From positions 1-64,000 of the IMG/VR virus record IMGVR_UViG_3300029319_000020: 64,000 nucleotides of DNA; one strand, given 5' to 3'. Positions 48,318-56,354 of this stretch are shown in pieces; the first letter of the stretch is position 1; every line of letters begins with the position of its first letter. Made by a program: the position numbers and the translations under genes. This DNA comes from a virus. Its lineage: Duplodnaviria; Caudoviricetes. The notes beneath the pieces were generated by a model. That model saw nothing but the letters and a program-made list of their open reading frames with translations, was not told where the DNA came from and did no database searches.

Positions 48318-49650
48318 ATCTTATGAAAGATTTTTAGAAGAGTTAAAAGAACTACCAGGTGATGAAGTAGACTATGTCAGGATTGGTATAGCAAAAGAAA
48401 TAGATGCAACACTTCAAAGACCTTCAAACGATCAAGAATTAAATAAGCTACTCAGAGCTAAAACTCCTGGCATAACAAAAAGGAACGCCAACTTATTACT
48501 GTATCTTTATAGAGGTGTTGATGAAAAAGGTAACTTACTTAAGAATGAAAATGTTAAAGCTGTTATCGATGAGCTTGATAAAAGGGCTGAAAGGTTTCTT
48601 GATTCTTTTGAAACTCAAGTTCATTTTTTAGTTTTTTTGAATGATGCTCCAATGCTTATGAATGAGTATATGCCACGCATGAGAGAAGTTAGTAAAACAG
48701 ATAGTCATGAATCTAAGTTCATGTTAAAAACTGCACCTGGTCATTTTGACGCATTTCAGTTTGCCAAGAAGAAACCGTTTGCCATCTTTTCAGACACAAC
48801 AGCTAACTCAGGTATGAAAGATTTTATGCACAAGCAAACACCAGAGCTTCATAATATAAACCCTCAACATCATTATTTGTTTAAGCTAGAGTTCTTGATA
48901 GAAATTGCATACGATATAGTAAAAGACAATATAGATTTTTTAGTTCCTGATAGAAATAAAATTGATATTGATATAAAGCCTCTAGTACCTCAAAGGTTTA
49001 TTGCAAATTATTTGAAAGGAATAACTGTAACTACAGATGATTACAGAAAAGAGTTACGTAAAAAACCACATCCAACTTTTGATCCAATGGTAAAAGCTCA
49101 AAGATACGCAATGAATAAATTGTTTAGATACTATTATTACGGTGATTACCTAAGAGATAGCGAAGAAAAACAAATGAAACTAATCGATGACTACATGCCA
49201 CAAATATTAGACTTAGATACAGAAAATGTACAAGCTGGTATGGTACCAAACAAAAGCTTATTACTGTCTTTGGTGTGGGAAAACTTTCCTAAAGAAAGTA
49301 AAGAAAAATACAAATTACCTTTTCTAAAGATTTTATATACAGTAAAAAACACAAAATGGATGGATTATTCTCTTAGAGATATTATAAATAAACCTGGTGT
49401 TTTAGATAGAGAGAGGGGCGACACCGAATTTCTTCCTTTAGGAAGCCCAGGAGAAACTGAGGATCATAGAAAAGAATATGCAGAAAATGAATTAAACGTT
49501 ATGATACGTATGCTAAATAATAAAGAAAACATATCTGAACGTTGGGATGAATTCAAAATTCTTTGGTCTAAACTAGCATCTGACACAAAAGAAGAATTGA
49601 CTCCAAAAATAAATGAACTCATAAAAATAATTGAAGGTGATAATGAGTGA
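48295..49650 (+). CDS. Hypothetical protein with a KKIFESYERFLEE leader
   Basis: 451-aa ORF; ACTAATTA 40 bp upstream. Confidence 0.6.
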   Translation: MKVKKIFESYERFLEELKELPGDEVDYVRIGIAKEIDATLQRPSNDQELNKLLRAKTPGITKRNANLLLYLYRGVDEKGNLLKNENVKAVIDELDKRAERFLDSFETQVHFLVFLNDAPMLMNEYMPRMREVSKTDSHESKFMLKTAPGHFDAFQFAKKKPFAIFSDTTANSGMKDFMHKQTPELHNINPQHHYLFKLEFLIEIAYDIVKDNIDFLVPDRNKIDIDIKPLVPQRFIANYLKGITVTTDDYRKELRKKPHPTFDPMVKAQRYAMNKLFRYYYYGDYLRDSEEKQMKLIDDYMPQILDLDTENVQAGMVPNKSLLLSLVWENFPKESKEKYKLPFLKILYTVKNTKWMDYSLRDIINKPGVLDRERGDTEFLPLGSPGETEDHRKEYAENELNVMIRMLNNKENISERWDEFKILWSKLASDTKEELTPKINELIKIIEGDNE

Positions 49651-50458
49651 TTTTTATTTTGATGAATTAGTGCTTGGTGGATCTCTAACTGCTTTACTGT
49701 ATGCTTACAAAAAAAACCTTCCAATACTTATTGACATAGCTCATGTTCCGTTTGTTCTTGAAGAGGTTCCGCATCATTGGAATTTATCTTTTTTAGGATT
49801 CAAGAGAGGTGGGGATCATAGAAAATCACAAGTATGGGATCGAGTATCTTTTTTATTAGCAATGTCTGGATTAGTTCTGTTCCCAAACAATATTCAATCT
49901 TTTAGAATGGAAGATGATCATATCAACATAATTGGTCTTGATAATAAACGTATGAAAGTGCACTACAAAAAACTAACAGAGTTCGATAGAGACACTAAAG
50001 AGCATCTGATGGTTTACGATTGGTTTGCAGTGTCATCAGGTTCCCGACACGATTGGGAAGTTATACCAAACCCAAAAGAAGATCTATGTCATTTACTATT
50101 ATTTCACAGATCAACAAGACCTCGTACAAGATCGGATGTAAAAGATGTTTGCGCGGTCTCTAAGGTACCTAGAAACGAGTTAAATAATCTAGAGTGGTCA
50201 GAGACCTATACACGAATTAAAACGCTTCAAATGATGAAAGAGATAGGAATAAAAGGACGTGCGAATGGTTACAATAGAAAAGGAAATACACTTCATTATG
50301 CTATAGCAATTGAGCATATGTATCGTGAAGTTTTTGAACAAGTAACTAACACAATAAATATTGAAGAGATCTTATCTTGGGAAGATAAGAAAGGAACAAA
50401 CTTATGGAATTTGACACAAAAAATGTTAATGGCTCATCTTACCACCTCGCCGGAATAG
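49643..50458 (+). CDS. Degenerate FAD/NAD-binding (Rossmann-like) protein
   Basis: DELVLGGSLTALLYAY...ILID resembles the beta-alpha-beta dinucleotide-binding motif; start refined from 49631. Confidence 0.45.
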   Translation: MSDFYFDELVLGGSLTALLYAYKKNLPILIDIAHVPFVLEEVPHHWNLSFLGFKRGGDHRKSQVWDRVSFLLAMSGLVLFPNNIQSFRMEDDHINIIGLDNKRMKVHYKKLTEFDRDTKEHLMVYDWFAVSSGSRHDWEVIPNPKEDLCHLLLFHRSTRPRTRSDVKDVCAVSKVPRNELNNLEWSETYTRIKTLQMMKEIGIKGRANGYNRKGNTLHYAIAIEHMYREVFEQVTNTINIEEILSWEDKKGTNLWNLTQKMLMAHLTTSPE

Positions 50459-51312
50459 TTCCGTGCGGAGGCCAACCTCTTGATTTTGGAATGGAGTGGC
50501 CTGATTTTATGATGCCGATAGCTCCTAATTATACAATGATTGAGGCGGCAATAATGGAATGTGCATGGGCTGGATGTGAAACGATATGGGTTTGCCTTTA
50601 TGAAGATACCGCACCCTTAGTAAGACATCGTATTGGTGACTTTGTTCAAGACCCTGTATGGGCTTGGAGAGGAATGGATCCACAACCAACAGCGAAGCAA
50701 AGAAGGATACCAATTTTTTATGTACCAGTTCACCCAAAAAACAGATTCAGAAGAGATTGTCTGGCATGGTCAGTTATTGAGGGAGCCCTGTCGGCATTTA
50801 AAGTGTCAGCAACAGTATCAAAGTGGATCTATCCAAATAAATATTGGGTTTCCTTTCCTTATGGGTATTTTAATCCAGAGTTGTTGAGAGAACACCGCCA
50901 AAAAATTTCCTCTCCAAAAAATTTCTACGTTACACACAAAGGCAAAACACCGGAACAAGGTATACACACCTCATTTTCGTTTGGTAAAGATGAGTTTGTA
51001 AGATTTCGAAGACAAATACGGAAAGGAACAGGAGCATTTACAAACGAGATTAATGAAAAAGGAATTCCAACAAAGAAGTTACCACTTGAAAAAAGATATT
51101 CAGCTCGTTGGTTTAACCTAGAGGACGTTTTTATAGATTTGGATAACACAACTGATAATTCTATGGAAGTAGATCAATTTTTCGATCTTTCTAGTTGGGA
51201 AAATTATAGAAACTATTTATCATCAGAACTTTCGTCAACAACAACAAGGCCTCCAGACTGGTTAATAAAATATAAAGAATTTGGATCAATTTCACTTGAC
51301 AGAACAGATTAG
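50404..51312 (+). CDS. Degenerate nucleotidyltransferase (GT-A, NTP_transferase-like)
   Basis: LAGIVPCGG...PDFMMPIAPNYTMIEAAIMECAWAGCETIWV resembles AIILAGG...PK.LLP....PMI...L...AG...I. Confidence 0.6.
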   Translation: MEFDTKNVNGSSYHLAGIVPCGGQPLDFGMEWPDFMMPIAPNYTMIEAAIMECAWAGCETIWVCLYEDTAPLVRHRIGDFVQDPVWAWRGMDPQPTAKQRRIPIFYVPVHPKNRFRRDCLAWSVIEGALSAFKVSATVSKWIYPNKYWVSFPYGYFNPELLREHRQKISSPKNFYVTHKGKTPEQGIHTSFSFGKDEFVRFRRQIRKGTGAFTNEINEKGIPTKKLPLEKRYSARWFNLEDVFIDLDNTTDNSMEVDQFFDLSSWENYRNYLSSELSSTTTRPPDWLIKYKEFGSISLDRTD

Positions 51313-51324
51313 GTGTGTTATAAT
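51296..51324 (+). promoter_or_regulatory. Sigma70-type promoter (J-domain gene)
   Basis: TTGACA-17-TATAAT; the -10 overlaps the first ATG, so the real start is probably 51365. Confidence 0.75.
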
Positions 51325-51934
51325 GAATACAGAAATAAAAAGAAAAAGGTATAAGAAACATATTATGGAACTAAAGTTTTTAAGATCAGAATTGGCATAT
51401 CAAGAAGAAGTTTTAGCTACGGCACATTATGACTTTGAAGCATGGCATAAGCAATGGTGTAAGGATAACAATATAGATTTGACAGAACTAAACAAAAAAC
51501 ATAAAACTCAAGTTTCAAAAATTTTATCGCAGCCAAATTTTTCAGATTTGAAAAATGATGAGCAAGGTTTAGTGCCTTTAAGTGTAGAAAAAAAAGAAGA
51601 AAAAAAGAAGTTTCATAATCTTTTTAAACAAGTTGCAAAAGCCACTCATCCAGACAAGAATGAAGGTACTACACTAGATTTTAAAGCAGCTTCAGCAGCT
51701 TATGAGTCAAGTGATTGGGCTATGTTGTTACAAGTTGCAGAACAGTATGATATATTACCTGAAGATTTATCAGAAATCATTCCAGTGATGAAAGAAGAGG
51801 CAAAAAGACTAAGATCAATGATCAAACACAACAAAACAATGTATTCTTGGAAATTTCAAGAATGTGAAACACAAGAGTGTAAAGAAAAGTTAGTAAAAGA
51901 CTTTTTAAAACAATTATTTAATTTGGAGTTATAA
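51323..51934 (+). CDS. J-domain (Hsp70 co-chaperone) protein
   Basis: LFKQVAKATHPDK...FKAASAAYE (HPD motif, helices II and III); start uncertain (51323 or 51365). Confidence 0.8.
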   Translation: MNTEIKRKRYKKHIMELKFLRSELAYQEEVLATAHYDFEAWHKQWCKDNNIDLTELNKKHKTQVSKILSQPNFSDLKNDEQGLVPLSVEKKEEKKKFHNLFKQVAKATHPDKNEGTTLDFKAASAAYESSDWAMLLQVAEQYDILPEDLSEIIPVMKEEAKRLRSMIKHNKTMYSWKFQECETQECKEKLVKDFLKQLFNLEL

Positions 51935-52860
51935 TGTTATTATTATTGTTATTATGGGCATGCGATTCGGACGTGTCAATTATAAAAAGAATAGAAGAGG
52001 AAGAAACAGGACAAGCGCTTGGTATAGGTGAACCTGGTGAGCCTGCGGCTATTGTTGGACAACCTGCTTCTGAGGTCGGATCACAGCCATCAAGTGAAGT
52101 TGGATCTGAACCAGCATATGAGCAGCAACGAACCGGAGTTACAGGTCTATCGACCATGTATCTTAGACAGATCGCTTGCCCTGCTTGTATGGGTGAGACA
52201 CAAGAGCTAACTGTAGAGTATGAACTACAAGTTCACCAACCTATATCTGATTCATGGAACTCATGGATGCTACCTGATGGAACTTGCACACAGTATTTGT
52301 ATCAAGGTGTACCATCTACACAACCAATCCAAGTTGGTCAATCTGTACAAGTTATGAACCAAAGTCATCAATTTGATGCTTATCAAAGCGGAGCAGGAAC
52401 TTATACATCACAAAACATATGGGAGTCTCACTTACAACGTAATGCAAACTATATGGTGCAAACAAGTGAGGGTTCGTTTAACTTTACAACTGTCGAGGGC
52501 TTTGACTATATAGAACCATACACAATGCTTTGGGTTGATCCGTCTTATGCTTTCGAAGCTGCCGTTCGTAGATCTGGCTTTACTGTAACATGGGCACCAG
52601 CTCGTCAAACCAGTAGAATGATGATAACTCTTGGTGTTTACTCTAGTGATGGTGCTTATTTATTAGGACAAGTCTCTTGTTTTGGAGCAGATAATGGATC
52701 TATGTTTATACCTGCTCAATATCTTAATTATCCTACATGGTCGTTGGTTGCAATTCATATAGAAAGGTTTGAAACTGATGTCGTTGAGACCAGTATTAAT
52801 AACTCTTATATGGAAACTTTACAAATTTGGGAAGTTGTGGGCACTGGACACATCGAGTAA
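51934..52860 (+). CDS. Predicted lipoprotein
   Basis: MLLLLLLWA-C lipobox-like signal, Pro/Ser/Gly linker, then a beta-rich domain with Cys pairs. Confidence 0.65.
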   Translation: MLLLLLLWACDSDVSIIKRIEEEETGQALGIGEPGEPAAIVGQPASEVGSQPSSEVGSEPAYEQQRTGVTGLSTMYLRQIACPACMGETQELTVEYELQVHQPISDSWNSWMLPDGTCTQYLYQGVPSTQPIQVGQSVQVMNQSHQFDAYQSGAGTYTSQNIWESHLQRNANYMVQTSEGSFNFTTVEGFDYIEPYTMLWVDPSYAFEAAVRRSGFTVTWAPARQTSRMMITLGVYSSDGAYLLGQVSCFGADNGSMFIPAQYLNYPTWSLVAIHIERFETDVVETSINNSYMETLQIWEVVGTGHIE

Positions 52861-52894
52861 CTATTTATTATCCAGACTAGGGAGGAAATATGTC

Positions 52895-53218
52895 ATGGAA
52901 AAATCTAAAATTGCGGATTATGCGTGGAAAGGCTTTACTATATGTTTATCTATCATTATTGTGCCTTGTTTTGTATGGATATGGGATTCAGAAATGAGAC
53001 TTGGAGCCTTAGAGTATAAAATGGATGATGCTAATAAAAATCTTGAAAAGATTATTGCACACATGGATAGTCAAAATGGAACAGATGCGATAGATCGCCA
53101 AGTTCAATTTAAACTAATGGAAGAGAGACTTGAACAACTTGAGAAAAATCAAGAAAGATTAGAAGAAGAAGTTCTTCATTATGCCAAAAAATTTGTTGAA
53201 AAAGGAGACAGAAGATGA
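52895..53218 (+). CDS. Single-pass membrane / coiled-coil protein
   Basis: GGGAGG SD; TM FTICLSIIIVPCFVWIW, then coiled coil; preceded by ACTATTTA; start refined from 52769. Confidence 0.6.
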   Translation: MEKSKIADYAWKGFTICLSIIIVPCFVWIWDSEMRLGALEYKMDDANKNLEKIIAHMDSQNGTDAIDRQVQFKLMEERLEQLEKNQERLEEEVLHYAKKFVEKGDRR

Positions 53219-53268
53219 AAAATTGTAATTGTTGTAAAGATTGTTGCTCATGTGAATGTTGTGACTAG
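53215..53268 (+). CDS. 17-aa Cys-rich microprotein MKNCNCCKDCCSCECCD, not in the ORF track
   Basis: AAAGGAGA SD, ATGA coupling to the upstream stop, 8 Cys in 17 residues. Confidence 0.55.
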   Translation: MKNCNCCKDCCSCECCD

Positions 53269-53701
53269 TGATAGATGTCCATTTTGTAACTGTGATCCGT
53301 GTGATTGCGATTGGGGGTTAAATGAATTGTTTAAAAAAGGGAACGTTATTGCTAGTAAATCCTTGGTTAAAGGATCACTTAGCGGTAGTTATTACCCCAC
53401 CATCGAAGATCTCAGACTACCAACTTTTGACAGTATTTATAATACGTTGGGGACAGGTGGAGCAAGTGCACATAAGCAACGTTATAAGAGTGTTATCATA
53501 GATAAATCAATATATAAAGTTGGAGATTTGGTCAATTGGCACCCTTTTTGGGGAATAGCTGATTGGAATAAGCCTTGGATTATTAAAGAGGTTTATTCGC
53601 ACGATCCTTTAGACTGTGCGTTTTATGATTATGAAATTACCGATGGACTATCAGTCCATAAGGTAACTTTTAGTGAAATAAAAAAATTGGGGGATAAATG
53701 A
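53252..53701 (+). CDS. Hypothetical protein (Cys-rich N-terminus, SH3-like C-terminus); may be a chance fusion
   Basis: CPFCNCDPCDCDWG at the N-terminus, YKVGDLV at the C-terminus; overlapped by an alternative-frame ORF. Confidence 0.45.
   Translation: MNVVTSDRCPFCNCDPCDCDWGLNELFKKGNVIASKSLVKGSLSGSYYPTIEDLRLPTFDSIYNTLGTGGASAHKQRYKSVIIDKSIYKVGDLVNWHPFWGIADWNKPWIIKEVYSHDPLDCAFYDYEITDGLSVHKVTFSEIKKLGDK
53322..53501 (+). CDS. 59-aa SH3/KOW-like ORF nested out of frame inside 53252..53701
   Basis: GGGGG SD-like run; MNCLKKGTLLLVNPWLKDHLAVVI...GQVEQVHISNVIRVLS. Confidence 0.45.
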   Translation: MNCLKKGTLLLVNPWLKDHLAVVITPPSKISDYQLLTVFIIRWGQVEQVHISNVIRVLS

Positions 53702-54084
53702 AAAAGTACAAAAATGATTGGGTGTGGAACGAAAAGATGTGCCACCATCTTGATAAAAGTTATGAATTAGAGTGTATAAGCTTATATAGGAACTGTTACG
53801 ACTATTCACCAGAACACTTTTATGATGATATTATGGTGTTTGTGACCAAAGCATTTATTGACAGAAATAGACAGTTGGGCATGGATAACAGAAGATGCAT
53901 CGTTCAAGTTAAAATGAAATTCGGTTTTCTAACTATTTACTATGATGGGGGAAACGACCCTTATCTTGATGAAATAATCAACACTGCTACCAAAATGGCT
54001 CAACAAGTCAAAAAGAAAATTGACGAGCAATATGGTAGAGGAGGGTGGAGACATCGAAAAATACTTTACTCAAATAAGAATTGA
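53698..54084 (+). CDS. Hypothetical protein
   Basis: IVQVKMKFGFLTIYY, a motif type common in small phage proteins. Confidence 0.6.
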   Translation: MKKYKNDWVWNEKMCHHLDKSYELECISLYRNCYDYSPEHFYDDIMVFVTKAFIDRNRQLGMDNRRCIVQVKMKFGFLTIYYDGGNDPYLDEIINTATKMAQQVKKKIDEQYGRGGWRHRKILYSNKN

Positions 54085-54358
54085 TGAATTACCAAAAGGA
54101 AGAAAACCAAAATTTCAAATTGGTAATTTAGTAAGAATTGTCTTTCGATCAGATGATGGACCAGCTTCATATCAAATAAAAGACAATCTTGGACTTGTTT
54201 GTGAAGTTCTCTACTATGAATGTACTAACTACGATTGGCAACAAATGGATGAAAGAGATCCTTTTTATATTATAGAATACAAACTGTTACCACCAGGTAG
54301 AGATAAAGAGTATCGATATGTTTCCGAACAAAATTTAAGGAAGGTCGAAGATGTTTAG
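54020..54358 (+). CDS. SH3/KOW-like hypothetical protein
   Basis: PKFQIGNLVRI...LGLVCEV...YVSEQNLRKV. Confidence 0.55.
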   Translation: MTSNMVEEGGDIEKYFTQIRIDELPKGRKPKFQIGNLVRIVFRSDDGPASYQIKDNLGLVCEVLYYECTNYDWQQMDERDPFYIIEYKLLPPGRDKEYRYVSEQNLRKVEDV

Positions 54359-54845
54359 TTTACTGCTATCTCTTGCATTTGCAGGTACTACTGTTTATGC
54401 TCCAATGGAAACACAACTGGAGACAACTGTGGTTCATTATTTTATTGATAAAGACTTTCATGCTAGAAAAAAAGATATGCTTGTTATTAACTGGGCTGAC
54501 TGTGAGAATATGGGGCACCGAGAGTGTGCTATGATGAAAGAGTTTTGGTATTTAGATACAGTTGTGTTTGAAGGTGAGGAATCATACCAAATCAATATTT
54601 TTCTTTATGACGAAAAATCAAGAATTGTATCTCAGTCGATTATACACAAAAGATATAAGATTGAAAAGATCCCTCAAAAAACCACAGTTAAAGGAACTAA
54701 GGTTGAGCGAGGTACAATCGCACCATTCAAGACAGAAATAGAAAAACCTCCAATTTTAATAAAAAAGAAGCCTGAAATTACAGCAAGAGAAATAGAACAA
54801 GCTGTTATTAAACTACTTATTAACATTAAGGAGTATGAAGAATGA
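54351..54845 (+). CDS. Hypothetical secreted protein
   Basis: Signal peptide MFSLLLSLAFA. Confidence 0.55.
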   Translation: MFSLLLSLAFAGTTVYAPMETQLETTVVHYFIDKDFHARKKDMLVINWADCENMGHRECAMMKEFWYLDTVVFEGEESYQINIFLYDEKSRIVSQSIIHKRYKIEKIPQKTTVKGTKVERGTIAPFKTEIEKPPILIKKKPEITAREIEQAVIKLLINIKEYEE

Positions 54846-55348
54846 AACTAACAAAACAAAAACTAGAACAATTAATAGCGGAAGAATATGTAAGAAGGGT
54901 TGCCGATGATGGAAAGCCAACTAACTATCCTGAATACGCAGATAAGCTTACTGCTTTGGCAAAATCAGACCCTTTACAAGCTAGAGAACTAGCTGATGCT
55001 TTGGGTGAGCCTTTAGATATTGAATTTGACAAAATCAGCAGCCATGTGCCAATTCCACGTTCTGATAGTGAAAAGAATGACTTCGATCTTCATATTGATT
55101 TTCTTATGGAAGATCACGTTTCATCGTTAGCAGAAGAACCAGACATGCAAGAAGCGTATGAATTCGCACAAAGAAAAGGGCTTGATCCTCAAGAAACATA
55201 CAATTCATTAATGAGAAATTATAAAAGAATAATGTTACGACATGTAAACCAACCAAAAACCGAACATGATCGAAATAAAGAATTAGAAGATCTTTATGGT
55301 CTTGATCTCCGCCCAGATTGGATGAAAAAAAGCAAACCAAAAAGATAA
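54842..55348 (+). CDS. Hypothetical protein with an MKLT leader; paralog of 45798
   Basis: Shared N-terminal ~63 aa, including 23 identical nucleotides CCAACTAACTATCCTGAATACGC. Confidence 0.7.
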   Translation: MKLTKQKLEQLIAEEYVRRVADDGKPTNYPEYADKLTALAKSDPLQARELADALGEPLDIEFDKISSHVPIPRSDSEKNDFDLHIDFLMEDHVSSLAEEPDMQEAYEFAQRKGLDPQETYNSLMRNYKRIMLRHVNQPKTEHDRNKELEDLYGLDLRPDWMKKSKPKR

Positions 55349-55358
55349 ACAAAAATAC

Positions 55359-55387
55359 TTGACAAATCTTTCGAAGTGTGTTATACT
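55359..55387 (+). promoter_or_regulatory. Sigma70-type promoter (uvsE)
   Basis: TTGACA-17-TATACT. Confidence 0.8.
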
Positions 55388-55415
55388 ATATGTATCAATA
55401 AATAACGGAGGATTT

Positions 55416-56354
55416 ATGACCAATTACAACTTGGGTTATGCTTGTATTAACAAAGGTTTCTCGGAGAGGCCAAAGAAACAACGCATAACTACAAACCGAA
55501 GCATGATCAAACGAACATTCAAAGAAAAAGGTTTGCCTTACGCTTCCGAACTTGCACTTCTTAACTCAAAAGATTTGCTTACAATCATGAAGTGGAACAA
55601 AGAAAACAACATTCACTTCTACAGAATGTCCTCAGACCTTATACCTTGGGCTTCTGAATATGAACTAAACAAACTACCAGACTATGATGCGATTGCTGAA
55701 GCACTGTATGAAGTTGGTTTGTATGCTGCGGAGAACAATATCCGTATCACAACTCACCCTGGTCCGTTTAACAAATTGACCAGTCCAAAAGAATCTGTAA
55801 TACTAAATACTATTAGGGACTTGGAGATTCATGGTGAGATCTTTGACTTAATGTGTTTGCCTAGAACACCTTATGCCAAAATTAACATCCACGTAGGAGC
55901 TGCTTATGATGATAAACCTATGGCCCTTGATAACTTTTGCAAGAATTTTCAAAGACTCTCAGAAGCTGTCAAGACAAGATTAACAGTCGAAAACGATGAT
56001 AAACCATCGTTATACACCACAGAGGAATTATACAATGATATCTATAAACGTATTAATATCCCTGTGGTGTTTGACTACCATCATCACGATCTGCACTCTG
56101 GAGGACTCTCCGAGAAAGAAGCATTGGACATGGCTCTTGCTACTTGGCCTGTGGATGTGCGTCCTGTGGTGCACTACTCTGAATCAAGATCTGATGAATA
56201 TGGTGATCCTAAGATAAAACCACAAGCACATTCAGACTCTTATGTAAGACCTGTGAACACTTATGGGTTACCAATGGATATTATGCTTGAAGCAAAACAC
56301 AAAGAGCTCGCACTCTTTAAAATGCGTGAACTAATGGAGGACAATAATGTTTGA
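55416..56354 (+). CDS. uvsE: UV damage endonuclease (UVDE)
   Basis: LGYACIN, FYRMSSDLIP, RITTHPG, NIHVG, RLTVENDD, VFDYHHH, HYSES, DIMLEAKHKE; start refined after CGGAGG. Confidence 0.93.
   Translation: MTNYNLGYACINKGFSERPKKQRITTNRSMIKRTFKEKGLPYASELALLNSKDLLTIMKWNKENNIHFYRMSSDLIPWASEYELNKLPDYDAIAEALYEVGLYAAENNIRITTHPGPFNKLTSPKESVILNTIRDLEIHGEIFDLMCLPRTPYAKINIHVGAAYDDKPMALDNFCKNFQRLSEAVKTRLTVENDDKPSLYTTEELYNDIYKRINIPVVFDYHHHDLHSGGLSEKEALDMALATWPVDVRPVVHYSESRSDEYGDPKIKPQAHSDSYVRPVNTYGLPMDIMLEAKHKELALFKMRELMEDNNV

Noticed and set aside
45798-55030. Diversity-generating retroelement template/variable repeat pair (the two paralogous 5' ends)
   Set aside because: Differences are not confined to adenines, the shared part is N-terminal, and there is no reverse transcriptase in the window.
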